A program made the translations under genes and the position numbers. Below the pieces are notes generated by a model. That model had not been told where the DNA came from and made no database searches. It saw only the letters and a list, made by a program, of their open reading frames with translations. 64,000 bases of DNA from Syncephalis fuscata S228 (taxonomy: Eukaryota; Fungi; Zoopagomycota): the NCBI GenBank assembly GCA_025786725.1, contig JAHLTZ010000003.1, positions 682,001 through 746,000 of the forward strand, read 5' to 3'. Positions 13,601 to 25,920 of this stretch are shown here, in pieces (the first letter of the stretch is position 1; the number at the start of each line of letters is the position of its first letter).

Positions 13601-16600
13601 GCTCGCTTTAAATTTGTAAAAATAAGCGGAAACAGAGAAATTCGTTCGGAGACAAAAGTATTCTTCAACACTGAGGAAGAAGCCAAATCAGTGGATGGAA
13701 CCGTCCAACTATTTGGAAATCGGCACGTGATATCCTGGCACTACTACTACGAAGTGTTATGCTTCAAGTGCAGACTGAGTGGCCATACACGAGAAGAGTG
13801 CAGATGGACCAGATCTGACGAAGAAATAACAAACTTCTACAAGTGGCGGGCTAGCCAGAGCAAAGAAGTACTAGGAAGACGAAGAGTACGGGTAGCCAAC
13901 AATGCTACAACTGAATATAAAGCACTGGACCAAATAAGCAGTCGACTAGATAGACTAGAGCGCGGACAGCAAGAGATCAAACAAGCTACACGTGCCGGAC
14001 TTGACGACTGCAAAAAAGAAATCAGCGGAAGTAAAGCCGAGATCCAAAGGAACAGTGAAGTAATTCAGCAAATGAACCACCGACTAAAATACATTCAGTC
14101 TGTGAGTAGCCATTTTGGAACAGCTGTAGAAGCAATGAAACGACTGACAGACGAATTTATTCGATCTGAACAAACAAATCTAACGGTCGGCAACGTGGCT
14201 GCAGAAAAAACCAGCCCAATAATTGTCGCGGATGATCAAATGTCCTATTGCAGTGAGGAATCAATCCAGTCCATCTACAGTAACGCGAACAATACACGCG
14301 GTCAACTACCCTACCACGACGACCAGTCAAGCCAACTAGGCTACAGTGTGTCCGACCCCTCCACGTACAACTCAAATGACCAATTATCCTATAATGGTGG
14401 CCTGTCCAGCCCAACCAGAAATAGTGAGGTCAATGAACAAGGTACGCAGGCGACGCATAATAAATCCCCTCCAACGCTAACAACACAGTCTCATCGCACA
14501 AATAATACACATGCCACGTCACTATCGGTACCACAACCGTACAACAAGGCCGGAGACGGCCCACAAGCAGCGACTTCCAATACAACGAATAACGCGGATA
14601 CAACAAACGACCAGGAAGACGAACTTTTCCTTGGCGAAAAATCAACGTTCCTTACAAAGCCATTGGAAGACGGTGTGCGGTCGCTGCGTATAGGACATGT
14701 TAATGCTCATTCGTATGTAGATGAAATAAAACAGAATACATTGTTTCACTTCATAAATGATCACATGTTTGATATGTTTGCAATAACAGAGACGTGGTTA
14801 GACGAGAGAGGAGTGAAAAGACTGAGGTATCCGGCTGAAGTACGTGAAAAATATGTGCACATACATACAGATGCAGGAAAAGACCACAGTAGAGGGAACG
14901 GTGTAGTGCTGTACATCCATAGGAGATGGGCAAAGAACATGCAGGCATACAACACGCTGGGTAAACACCTAATACACGCGCGGTTTGCTTTCCGTACTAG
15001 AAACTTATCAGTATATGTAATACACTACCCATCAATGAACAGAGCAGTACCTGAATATGCTGAGAGACAAGCAGCAATGGAACAGTACTTGCAGGAAAAT
15101 CTGGCGAAAGATGGAAGACAGCATACTGAGTCTATAGTGATGGGTGACTTTAATACAGTTGCCAATAGAGAAATAGACACACATAGCACGGAAACAGACC
15201 ACAGCCACTACTCACCACGTCTATTTCATCTACTAGACGCAGCTACTATGATAGATACACTGCGGGTACATTTCCCAACCGATCAGGTATATACATTCGA
15301 GTCTGGAGTGAGAAAATCGCGACTAGACTATATAATGGCATCACAACAACTGGCAACGAGAGTAGTTGGAGTAGGAATAGGCCATATACCGAATTTCAAC
15401 ACTGACCACGCAGCGGTATACGCAGAATTTCAAACTGTAGACCTATTTATGGCAAATAGGAATCGGCAAATTATCGAGCGAAATAACGCAAAGATAAAAA
15501 CAAGCGATCTAACCGACGAAACAGTGGCCAAATTTAGAGCGGAGTTGGATAAAGTAGCAACGGGCCGCATAAGGAAATATCTGCAGTTGACCAGCTATAG
15601 TGATAGTGCCGATATCCACAACATGTTATTGGTAGATGACATATGGAATGATATCGAGAAATGTGTAATGAAAGCAGCAGAAGCCAAACTGCCACGTATC
15701 ATAATAAGATTCACTAAGAAGGAATCATTTCCGCGCTGGCCTGAACTGCAAGCAAGTGCAGCGGTGAACGAACTGGTGAAATACAGCAGAAGAAATAACG
15801 ATAGCCAAATCCACGTTATAACCAACAGAGTCAAACGGGCCACCAAAAAGATACTGAGTCTGGAAAGTAGAATAGATAGCGATACATGGGAGGAAATAAA
15901 GCAACGACTCATAGAGCCGTGGAATGTACCAGCTGGATATTGGGTCAATCTGAAGACAAGATGGCTGAATCAGGCGAGAAGAAAACAGCTTAAACTATCA
16001 GCAAACACAGCAGCCAGTGCAACTAAGCGTAGAATGGAACAATTCAGAACCAAGCTCAAAAGAACGCTGACATCAACTCTGGATGGATATAAAGAACGCT
16101 TCAGTCTAACAAATGTGCCAATAAAAGAGGACGGCGTAACCAAACTTGAAGATAGACCAGAAGAAGTACGAAAAAAGGTACAGCTATTCTTTAAGGAGTG
16201 GTTTGCTGAGCCAATGACAGATGAACGACAGTGGTCGGCAACATGGCGACGTATATACGAACCAAGAGAGTGGTTAAGAAACAGCTACGACGGCTTGATG
16301 GACCCAATCAAATGGGAAGAGTACAGCGAACAACTACAGAAACTGCCTAAAAGGAAAGCAACTGGTCTATCCAATATATCAGCTGAACTGCTCCAACTGT
16401 TACCAGACCACTGGCAAAAACTGATACTAGCGGTAATGAACGCATGTCTAAGGATGAAAGACATACCACAGTCATGGAAAAATGGCTTAATAATCCCACT
16501 GCCAAAAGTAGACCGTCCCAACCCAAGCCTGGATCAACTACGCCCGATAACACTGTTAGAAGTACCTAGGAAGCTATTCTCATCGATTATAACGAAAAGA

Positions 16601-19600
16601 CTACAAAGACATGTAGAAAAACCAGGTACACTGGGTGGTAAAAATCACGGATTCACGCCAGGTGCACAAACGGCGGATCTATCAATCGTATTCCAAGCAA
16701 CAGCGGACATAAGTCGATTAATACCAGGAAAGGCAGATATGCTAGTACTCACAACAGATATCCGCCGCGCATACGACTCGGTACCAATGAGTGGACTAAA
16801 GAAGGCACTACAAAGACTATGTATACCCGATGAATACACTGAACTGCTACTGAACATATCAGGGGGCAGGACAACACGCGTGAACACAGCACATGGCAAT
16901 ACCGATCCTTTTGCGCCAGAAAGAGGACTAGACCAAGGAGAAGTCAATGCACCACTACTATGGAAGATATTCTACGACCCTTTGCTTACCGCACTAGAAG
17001 ACAACAGCTTCTACGGCATGGAGGCAGGAGAGTTGGTGAACAAGCACTACCCAATGCCGGAGTATATGCAACAAGCACGAACAGCAACACTAACATATGG
17101 TGCGTTTGCCGATGACTTACACCTGGTATCGGGTACATATGAAGGACTGCAAAAGCTGGCAGATATATGCACAGAATTCTTCGACATACACCAGATAGAA
17201 GTAGCGGCACACAAATCGCAAATATGGACAAGTGCAAAAACGGCGCCTGAAACCGACCCAATAATTAATCTAGGCAGTGGCGAAAATACGGCAATTACCA
17301 ACGTCCAGAACAGCGCTGCACCGCATAAAATACTTGGATCATATGTCACTCACACTCCAGCTGCGCGCTACAAGGCGATAGAAGAAATGAATATGGCGAT
17401 AAACAAATTCATATACATACTAGCGCCGAAAAAACTGTCTACAGAAATATTAGTATATGTATTTAATTCAGTATTAATGCCAGCAATAGTACACCGAATA
17501 CAACACCTACCTATGACAGACGAGCAGCTGAAAATAATGGAGAGGAAATGGAGAGGACTGCTCAAGAAAAAAGCATATGTATGCAGAAATACGCCAACAG
17601 TGCTAGTCAATAACAGCGCATACATCGGGCTGGACTCGCTGAAACTTCGTCGTGACACCAGACTGATAACATCGGCTATCAGAACAATAGAAAACGGTGG
17701 AAGAGCTGCTAACTTGATGAATGCAGCGCTATGGATGGCCAAATACAGACAACATCTGCCATGCATGCCATGGGAAAGGCCAATGCAACTGTATAAATCG
17801 ATAGATTTGATATCCAACACGACCAAGTATCTGGAAGAGTACCAGATAGCAATAAGACCGGCGATAAACGGCATATGGCCCAGTGAGAGAAGACCAAACG
17901 GTACACCACTGAGAATAGCTGCACCTAATATAGCATTTAAAGCTGAACTGAAAAGGAAGCTGGCCAAGCAATCCGTGTACTATATGGAAGATGTAATTCG
18001 TATGGACAACGAAGATGACATCCTAGACATAAAAGACGAGTGGAAATTAACGGCTAAACAGAGCGATACACTACGTAGAGAAATGTATGCAGCGATAGAG
18101 CGCGACGGAGGAGGAGTCGGAAATGAAATAGCCGGTAACGTCAACACTGATGACCACTTAGCAAAGCCAGCACCACCAGGCGAACTAGCCGAGTACAACA
18201 GCATATATACAAATGTCAGTGATATGCAGAAGTACTAGCAAACAGTAAAACACTCACCTGGTACACCGACGGATCGCTTGACTCGACCAGAACAAAAGGC
18301 GGATTTGCGGCGGTATGCGAACATAACGAAGCTATAGATCTAGCTATTAGCGGGCGGATCCACCATAGCGACCTATCATCCACGTCAACGGAAATACTGG
18401 CGCTGGCACATGTAATAGCCACAGTCCCAAAGCAGACGGAGCTGATACTCAAAACAGACTCACAAGCAACGATAGACGGCTGGAAGAGATATGTTGAAGG
18501 AAAAAAGCCAGTACAGCATACAACGACAAACGCCGTACTATGGGACCACTTGCAAGCTGTGACAAAGAACCGGGCCGATATCACACTGGAAAAGGTGAAA
18601 GCACACAGCGGCATACGAGGCAACGAAAAAGCAGATCTGCTGGCGAAAGTAGCGGCAGCCAGAGAGGGACCAACGTGGAAGCTAAACCAAATGGCGGCCA
18701 ATAAACTACGGTTCCGAATAGTCGACAAAGGGGCTACATCACTGCAAAGCATAGCATATATCATGAAGAAAAAGGAAAAAGATCGTATAAGTAAAGAAAC
18801 GACGAAAGTGCTAAACGATCGTTTCAAAGATATATGCGTATGGCCGGAAGGAGGGGAAGAAGGAAAGGCAGAAGCTGTAAAGTGGACACAGCAGATTATG
18901 GACTACAAAGAGATGAAGAAGGTGAAGGGGAGTAGTATAGTAATGTCCAAGTGGAGGAGTTTCATTACAGCAGTACATACCGCATCAGCACCAAGTGGCA
19001 TTGGAGATGAAGAGGAGGAGAAAGAGTGTGACCTGTCAAGACAGTGCAAACTATGCTCTCATGACGTCGACGTTGAAAAAGTATACGAGAGGATAGAAAA
19101 AGAGTGTACAAAAACTGTCAAAAAAATTATCCAATCAGAAGAGCCAGAAGCACCAGTTCTGGACCCCGATAGGATCAAGCAGATCAGTAACCAAATTATA
19201 ATCACCGCCCCCTGGAGATCCAAATCAGGGAAAAATGGACTAATGAATATGACGACAAATCGCGCAATCGACCAATGCGAGGTGTCGAGCAACAAGAAGA
19301 GAAGTCTAAGAAGTGCAATGCTATACTATGGTACGCTAACAACAATGCAACATTGGACGACACACAGAAAAGAATATACAATGCCAAATAAACTGCAAGG
19401 ATTAAGATTGCCACTAGCACAGCGACAGCAACAACCACTACCACCCACCCAAATATTAGCCAACTGAGGAGCCACCACATGTCATGTGGCAGGCAAGTTC
19501 TGCAAAAAGCGGATAGGTCCCACGGACCGTTGCCTCACTCTAGCTAATTATAAAATAAAATAAAATAAAATAAAATCGACCATATTCAGGTCGCCATGCA

Positions 19601-20015
19601 GTCTTTACTTGGGCCATTTTTCTAACAACATACTAGTATGAATATACGCTATATTAGACACGGTACTAGTCGCTTACTCTGGATCACCTTGAGCTTCCTT
19701 TTCTTCCTTTTCCAGCTCGGCAAGTATTTCAAAGACTCGCAATGATAGACGGGCATTATGATTCTCTTCGTCATAGGAAATAACCATATACTCTATCTAA
19801 TACCAGTAGAGTAGTTGTAATAACGACTATTAGCTCTATACATCTATTTGTATTCTTCTACGTACCTCGTCACCCCAGCGTAAACGGTCATGTTTTCGGT
19901 CTTTTACTCGATGGTATATACTAAGGAATTGCTCAATGCCATTTTGACGTACATGGTGCGCGTACTTTTTTGCCTCTTTCCAATGTAAAGGTGTACCAAG
20001 TGACAACAGACCCAT
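10700..20015 (-). CDS. GSH1: Glutamate-cysteine ligase catalytic subunit (gamma-GCS), exon 3 interrupted by a LINE
   Basis: [12 protein letters not shown]...LRWGDEIEY...WRPEYGRF|MLEGTPG...[22 protein letters not shown]...[32 protein letters not shown]. The exons checked are intact apart from the insertion at 12959-19572. Confidence 0.96.
12942..12958 (+). repeat. Left target-site duplication of the LINE
   Basis: AAATCGACCATATTCAG, identical to 19573-19589. Confidence 0.95.
12959..19467 (+). CDS. LINE polyprotein: RRM-RRM-CCHC knuckle-coiled coil-APE-RT-RNase H, with one -1 break at ~18223-18236
   Basis: RRM ([11 protein letters not shown]...YGFAEY), [17 protein letters not shown] ([28 protein letters not shown]), RT ([26 protein letters not shown]). 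RNase H lies in the frame of ORF 18550 ([37 protein letters not shown]). Confidence 0.93.
12959..19572 (+). mobile_element. Non-LTR retrotransposon (APE-RT-RNase H type LINE), 5'-truncated, antisense within GSH1
   Basis: Perfect 17-bp TSD AAATCGACCATATTCAG at 12942-12958 and 19573-19589. (TAAAA)x5 3' tail at 19551-19575. A-rich sense strand. The reading frame is open right up to the 5' junction. Confidence 0.97.
19573..19589 (+). repeat. Right target-site duplication of the LINE
   Basis: AAATCGACCATATTCAG, identical to 12942-12958. The exact boundary with the A-rich tail is ambiguous by 1-3 nt. Confidence 0.95.
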
Positions 20016-20282
20016 AGTGACGACAGCAGTATAATTATGGCACTTCCGGGTAATAGACAAAGGCAGAACGTAACCGAGACAGTATTGAGAAAGAAGACGA
20101 GGCGAGAGATATCAAGAGTGACAACCATGGTTGATCAATAATGATGGCCATAGTACTAATTAATAATATTAATCAAATTAGTAAATAACAGTCAGTTGCT
20201 GACAAATAGTATTTAACGATGATTTGATGTCATTATTCTCGTGGTATCCAACCTGATATTCATATTAAAAGTGTTTATTTAT

Positions 20283-21867
20283 TCATTCATTTGATGTTAA
20301 TGTATTAAATGATGTCCAAATAGCTTCGACTGCTTTATCAATGTGTTCAGAAAGTGTATTCCGTCCAATACTGAATCGAATTGATAGACGGCCTATTTGT
20401 TCAGATACCTGCATGGCACTTAATACAACCGATAGACTATATATTACATTTAATAGTAAATCAATATTAATTAACATTGTTATAATAACATGAGTATTGT
20501 CATTGGCATTAGTAGTATTTACCTTGATCGAGAACCTGAATGACATGCTGAACCAGCACTAACATAGATATCACAATCAGCCAATTTAGTAACTAGACTG
20601 TGCGATTCAGGCCATGTAGTTGTGCTAGTTAAATCTTTAGCAGCAATTGAAAAGTAACATGTATTAGGTACACGTGCTGTCTTTTCGCCATGAATGATCA
20701 CTTGACAAAAAGAAGGCGCTTGAGCCCGTAGACTTGTTTCAAAGGATCGAATAAGCTTGTGCATATGTTGTATACTTTGTTCTAACAGTTCTGTAGCCAT
20801 ACTGCATGCCTATATAGGATGGATGTATTAAAGTCAATCTATCATAAATTTTATAATTCATTCACTCACTTGACCTAATCCGGCTACCATAGCTGTATTT
20901 TCAGTTCTGAATCATATATTCATTATTAATCATTTTACGTAAATATAGATCATTTACGTACCCAGCTCTAAACCCACGTTCTTGTCCACCACCAAGAAAT
21001 ATAGGTGATAGCGGTGTTTGGTGACTATCTAATCCACGTACATAAAGGGCACCAATTCTTGGACCATAAAACTATTTATTAATATTAGCTACATTAAGAC
21101 GTGTGTATGATCTATGTAGATAATTACTTACTTTATGACCGGCAATAGTAAGATAGTCAACATCAAGCTGATTGACATCGACTGACAATTTACCAATAGC
21201 CTGAGCGGCATCAACATGTACATAAATACGTGGCAGTTTTTGCGTACTTTCATATTGCCGTAGAGCACTTGTTAACCGAGCAATATCCATAATAACACCT
21301 GTCTCATTCTGTACAAGCATTACGGATATGAATCGGGTTTGTGGTGTTAATAGCGCAATAGTTGCATCAATATCAAGTTGACCAGATGGCTGTAATGGAG
21401 CATAGGACACATGCCAATTGCCTTGTTTGTCGTATATCTCTGTTGATGCTACAACAGATGGATGTTCGGCAGCTGATAGTATAACATGACATTGAGGATA
21501 CAATTGCATAATACTATGCAATACTGTATGATTTGATTCAGTACCGCCTGATGTAAATATAATATCTATTGATTAAAACTATAACTTAATAGCTACTCTA
21601 AATACTAATTTATGTCTATTACCTTGTGCAGATGCCCCTATTACTGTGGCAACTTGTTGACGTGCATGTTCAACAACTTGTTTCGCTTTACGCCCTTATA
21701 GAATATATATATTATAAAAATTGTTCGCTAGTAATAGATAGATATACTTACCAGGAGGTGATGCAGAACTAGGATTGGCCCATGCTTCAGTTAGTGTCTC
21801 TCCAATAATCTTCACTACTAGAGGATCGACTGGTGTAGTTGCGTTGTAGTCAAAGTAAAGTGCCATT
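20283..21867 (-). CDS. SCLY: Selenocysteine lyase-like PLP-dependent enzyme (class V aminotransferase, group I NifS family), multi-exon
   Basis: [99 protein letters not shown]. It has no mitochondrial presequence and carries ACHS rather than Nfs1-type ACTS. Confidence 0.8.
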
Positions 21868-21952
21868 GAAATTGAATAGGTGACGTCAACTTGAAATGAA
21901 ACAATTTGTTATTTTTTTGTTTATGACTGTACTCTACTGCCATTACCGCCCT

Positions 21953-21985
21953 CACTACTACCACTACCACTACCACTACCACTAC
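21953..21985 (+). repeat. (ACTACC)n hexamer microsatellite in a 141-bp divergent intergenic region
   Basis: CACTACTACCACTACCACTACCACTACCACTAC between the SCLY-like ATG (21867) and the GCP5 ATG (22009). Confidence 0.85.
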
Positions 21986-22008
21986 GCTATCACAAACACA
22001 CATATACT

Positions 22009-25000
22009 ATGGCTCATCGTTTAAAAGGTCTAGACTATTTTACGCATCAATTGATTACACTATTTATAGGTGTTAAGGTATTTGAATAATAAAGAGCGAC
22101 ACTTGACTAATGACTATTGAATGTAGCGCGAATCAGATGAATATGAACAATGTTGGACTTTTATTAAATCGGGATTAAAGCCTACGCGGTATTTTCAAAC
22201 AGACGCGTTAGACTATGAACGTAAATATATTGGGTAAGATTCCAGTTTGTCTAGTATTATTTACATAATATATATATATATATTAACTATAAGATAGACT
22301 GGCAGAGAAATTAACGGCCCATTCTCAAACGTCAAAAGCAAATACACTATTAATGCTGCGTACAAGACTGTTAGAGCTATGGCGTCCTAAAGATACAGTA
22401 AGTTTTAATACGATATAGTAGTATGTGTTGTTTATAAAGTAATAGATGTTACCACATCATGTATTACGGTTATTATTTGACTTATCTCAATCACCTAGTA
22501 ATGCCATTTATACACCCAGTACAGTTACTGAAGAGATTGTAACACATCATCAATTGACCTGGGAGGACATTTTAAAGGATGATCCACTTACTGGCGACCA
22601 TTGGGATAAGCCCAACTATACACCTGATACCGATACAGATAGTGAAAGTGACAATGATGATACTGTACATCCATCTGTAAAGCAAAAGGTACGTAAATGG
22701 AAAATAGTATAACAAATAGCTTAATAGGCAACTAGTTGGCAATAAAACAGATATCTGAACCATCTACAACAGACCAATTGATATCTATTAATCTAGAAAA
22801 ACAACACCATCAATCAATACGAGAACAACTTGTTCAACAACAATACTGGCGATCTAAGCCTCATAACCCTTTAATAACCGGTAATGATCATTATAAATAA
22901 TAGTAATAACACTAATATTAATAATAATATAATTATTAGAATTTGATTTTTATAATGCATCAACGCTAAGTAGGTAGAGTATTACAATAGCAACATTTAC
23001 TAACAGAATATTAGCACCTACCTTAAATCAAATGACTCGTAAATCCATTTCATGGCTTCCATTTCAGTTTGAGAACTATACTATTGAGCGACTAGTTATC
23101 CGTGAAGTATTATTTATGTTAATGGGCCGACCTTGTTTCCTATTTACTGTTCAAAATGATATTATTAAAGTATAGAAATTAAATGGTAACTAGGTCAATA
23201 CTTATGAAGATATGGATGTATAGGTATCGAACCAAGCCCAAATGAAACACTTGAGTCAAGGTGCACTTGGATCAATATTATCTTTGTTTGCTGATAGTGG
23301 TACAGTCATCTATGGCATAAGGTCTTATAGCTTAGTGTAAGTATTGTTGTAATGATATTGACAACTAAATACTTAATGTACGGCTCTAATTAATATGAAC
23401 ATAGTGTATTGACTATGGAAACTGATCCAAAAAGCCGTGTTAGTGAAGCATTTGCATCAGCTATACGTGATGAATTACGCCAATTTGATCAGATATTGAG
23501 ACAGATTGAATACGAACATCTGACTGATCATGGACCAGTTCATGGTAATTGATAAATAATAGTAATGGCAATAGTAGTCTGACTAATTAATAACAAGTAA
23601 AAGATACGCTGATCTCATTATTAAAGATACGGTCAACACTTAAAGAACAGCTGGATTGTTTTGATCGATTAAGTAATCTATTGGGAAATATTTGCACTCA
23701 AGGTAAGAGTCATTAATATAATTGATATAATAAATCAATAGACTGACAAATAATAGATTCGACTATTTATACAACAAGTATACTAGATCAGCTTTATAAT
23801 GCGGCCGAGCATCAATCATATATTGGATCCACTAATGCTTTACAGTTTATATTACGACTATGGGAGAAATCAATGCTACCATACCTTGAAATATTGCATA
23901 TGTGGCTATTTAATGGCGAGATACAGGATCCAGATAAAGAATTTGTAATTGAAAGGTAAGCATTAAAGAAATAGTATTGCTATTAGATTATATACCATAT
24001 TAACACTAAATTAAGAATGATGGAAATTCCATTACAATCAAGTCAGTATTGGTCAAGTGCCTTTAGATTAAAGTCTATCGATCAGTGCTGTCCTGCTTTT
24101 CTTCGTCCTTATATTCAATCCATAGTTATTATTGGTAAAATGATGTGTTTATTGCGACAGGTTGATACGCAACGAGTAAGTGAAAGTATAAATACCATGA
24201 CACTAGAATAGCAAAATAATGACTGATTATATAATAGTTAACAGATGATTCAATTGAGTGGATGTCGCTATTTCGATGGGCAACAAAGAAAGATGAAGAA
24301 AAAACAACTCGCCTGATGTCAAAGGATAATGATTGTTTATTACAAAAAATGTTTTGTTCTTTACTGCCAGAGTCGACAAAATTTAATGAATATTCTACTG
24401 AAAATGATAAAAGTGTCATAACTAATGCTGATGTCGACAAACCAGCTGTGAACCTTTGGATGCCATTATCGGCTCAACTGGCCAATGCTATTGACTTTTT
24501 AGTGGTAAAACGGCGCGGGGATGTTGGTCGTTCGTTAATAGACCAATTGGCAAGACGGCATCATTTATGGCGCAGCATCAATGGATTATTTGGATTCTAC
24601 TATATGTTGGCCGGTCAATCATGGCATCGATTCTGTGGTGCACTGTTTATGAAGGTAGATAGGCTAGTAAGTTTATCACAAGTAGTACTGATGAATCGTA
24701 GATGGATAGTGAAGCTATGTGGGCAGATCGACAATTCATCAACCAGCTTTTATTAGATGCTGTCCAGGGTGATGTACAACTTGATGATCGGTGTATATCA
24801 GCGTGGATTCGCACAACAGATGAGGGCACACTTGAACAAAGCATTTGTTCATTACAAGTACTTGATTTTGACTATTCGGTAAGTATATAGATGCTAATGG
24901 CTAAGTGGTTTATTAATTATCGTTATGTAATTACTAGATTCCATGGCCTTTAAACAACATCATTCGTTCAACAACACTTAATATGTATCGTAAGATTACA

Positions 25001-25707
25001 AATCTACTATTGCAAGTAAGGCGTGCTCGCTATCTTATGGAACAACCGGAGTATTTTAAATTGCCGTTTAAACGACAAGATGCTACAAGTGGACTATTCT
25101 ACGCGCTTCGTATGCGTCTACTAGCTTTTACTTATGGTTTCTACAACTATCTTATGACGACAGTAAGTTTTACAGCTATATTTAAAAGGGAATACAATTA
25201 ATCAATTATATAGGTGTTACACGCGGAAAGCCAACGATTTCTTAAGGAAATAAAGCAATTGGCTGATATTGATGCTATGATTCAATTGCACGAGCGACAC
25301 ATATTGCTAGTACGTGATCGTTGCTTATTGAACGAAAAGGTAATTATAATATAGTAGTTTATTTTAAATAGTTATTGATTAGTGATGCTGGCTGTTATTA
25401 ATAGGTTACAATAATTCTTCGTTCAGTTGTATCCTTGCTTGAATCGTGTCAACAACTGCGTCAGCTATTCCAGCAATATGTAAAAATAAAGGATCGTACA
25501 CTTGAAAGTACGCCAGGATTTCATCAAGCACTGGTTACATTGGCAAATGAGTTTGAGCGTACTCGCGCTTTTGTTGAAACTTCATTGCGTGTAATAGCTC
25601 GAGCTGGTGGGTTTCAACACTGTAAGTTACTGTATATTGGTGTATTCATTACTAATTATTTACATATTGACTTAGTGGAGGTATTGGCCTCGCTTATTGC
25701 TAATTAG
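22009..25707 (+). CDS. Gamma-tubulin complex component, GCP5-like (Spc97/Spc98 family), many short introns
   Basis: LTWEDILKDDPLTGDHW, VIREVLFMLMG, PYLEILHMWLFNGEIQDPDKEFVI, CPAFLRP..GK, PWPLNNII..YRKITNLLLQVRRA, LRMRLLAF...YLMTTVL, RDRCLLNEK. Confidence 0.82.
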
Positions 25708-25920
25708 ACGCTATTAATAGCGTTTAGTTTGTTAATTATTTTTTGTATTACAATAACATACGTTTTGTTTCTAAACTTAAATAATATTATATTAAAATGT
25801 AGTAACAATAATCGACTGGTCATTGCAATGTTGTATAGTACTGATAATTATACTAAATCAACATAAAACAAGTGTACAAGTTGTTTAATTATTAGTAATA
25901 ATAAAATAAATGAATAGCCG

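Noticed and set aside
18223-18238. Programmed -1 ribosomal frameshift before RNase H
   Set aside because: No X XXY YYZ slippery heptamer, and the break matches the missing-base pattern seen across the window.
19491-19535. Hammerhead or HDV ribozyme in the LINE 3' UTR
   Set aside because: A three-way junction is present, but there is no CUGANGA/GAAA core and no HDV-type nested pseudoknot.
12942-19589. LINE spliced out of the GSH1 pre-mRNA as a new intron
   Set aside because: The GT in the first TSD copy has no matching AG at the same register. The nearest good antisense acceptor (TTTTAG at 13034) gives stops in all three phases, and exon-3 skipping is out of frame.
21953-21985. Interstitial telomeric repeat
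   Set aside because: Only about five units of ACTACC, not TTAGGG-type. Treated as a microsatellite.
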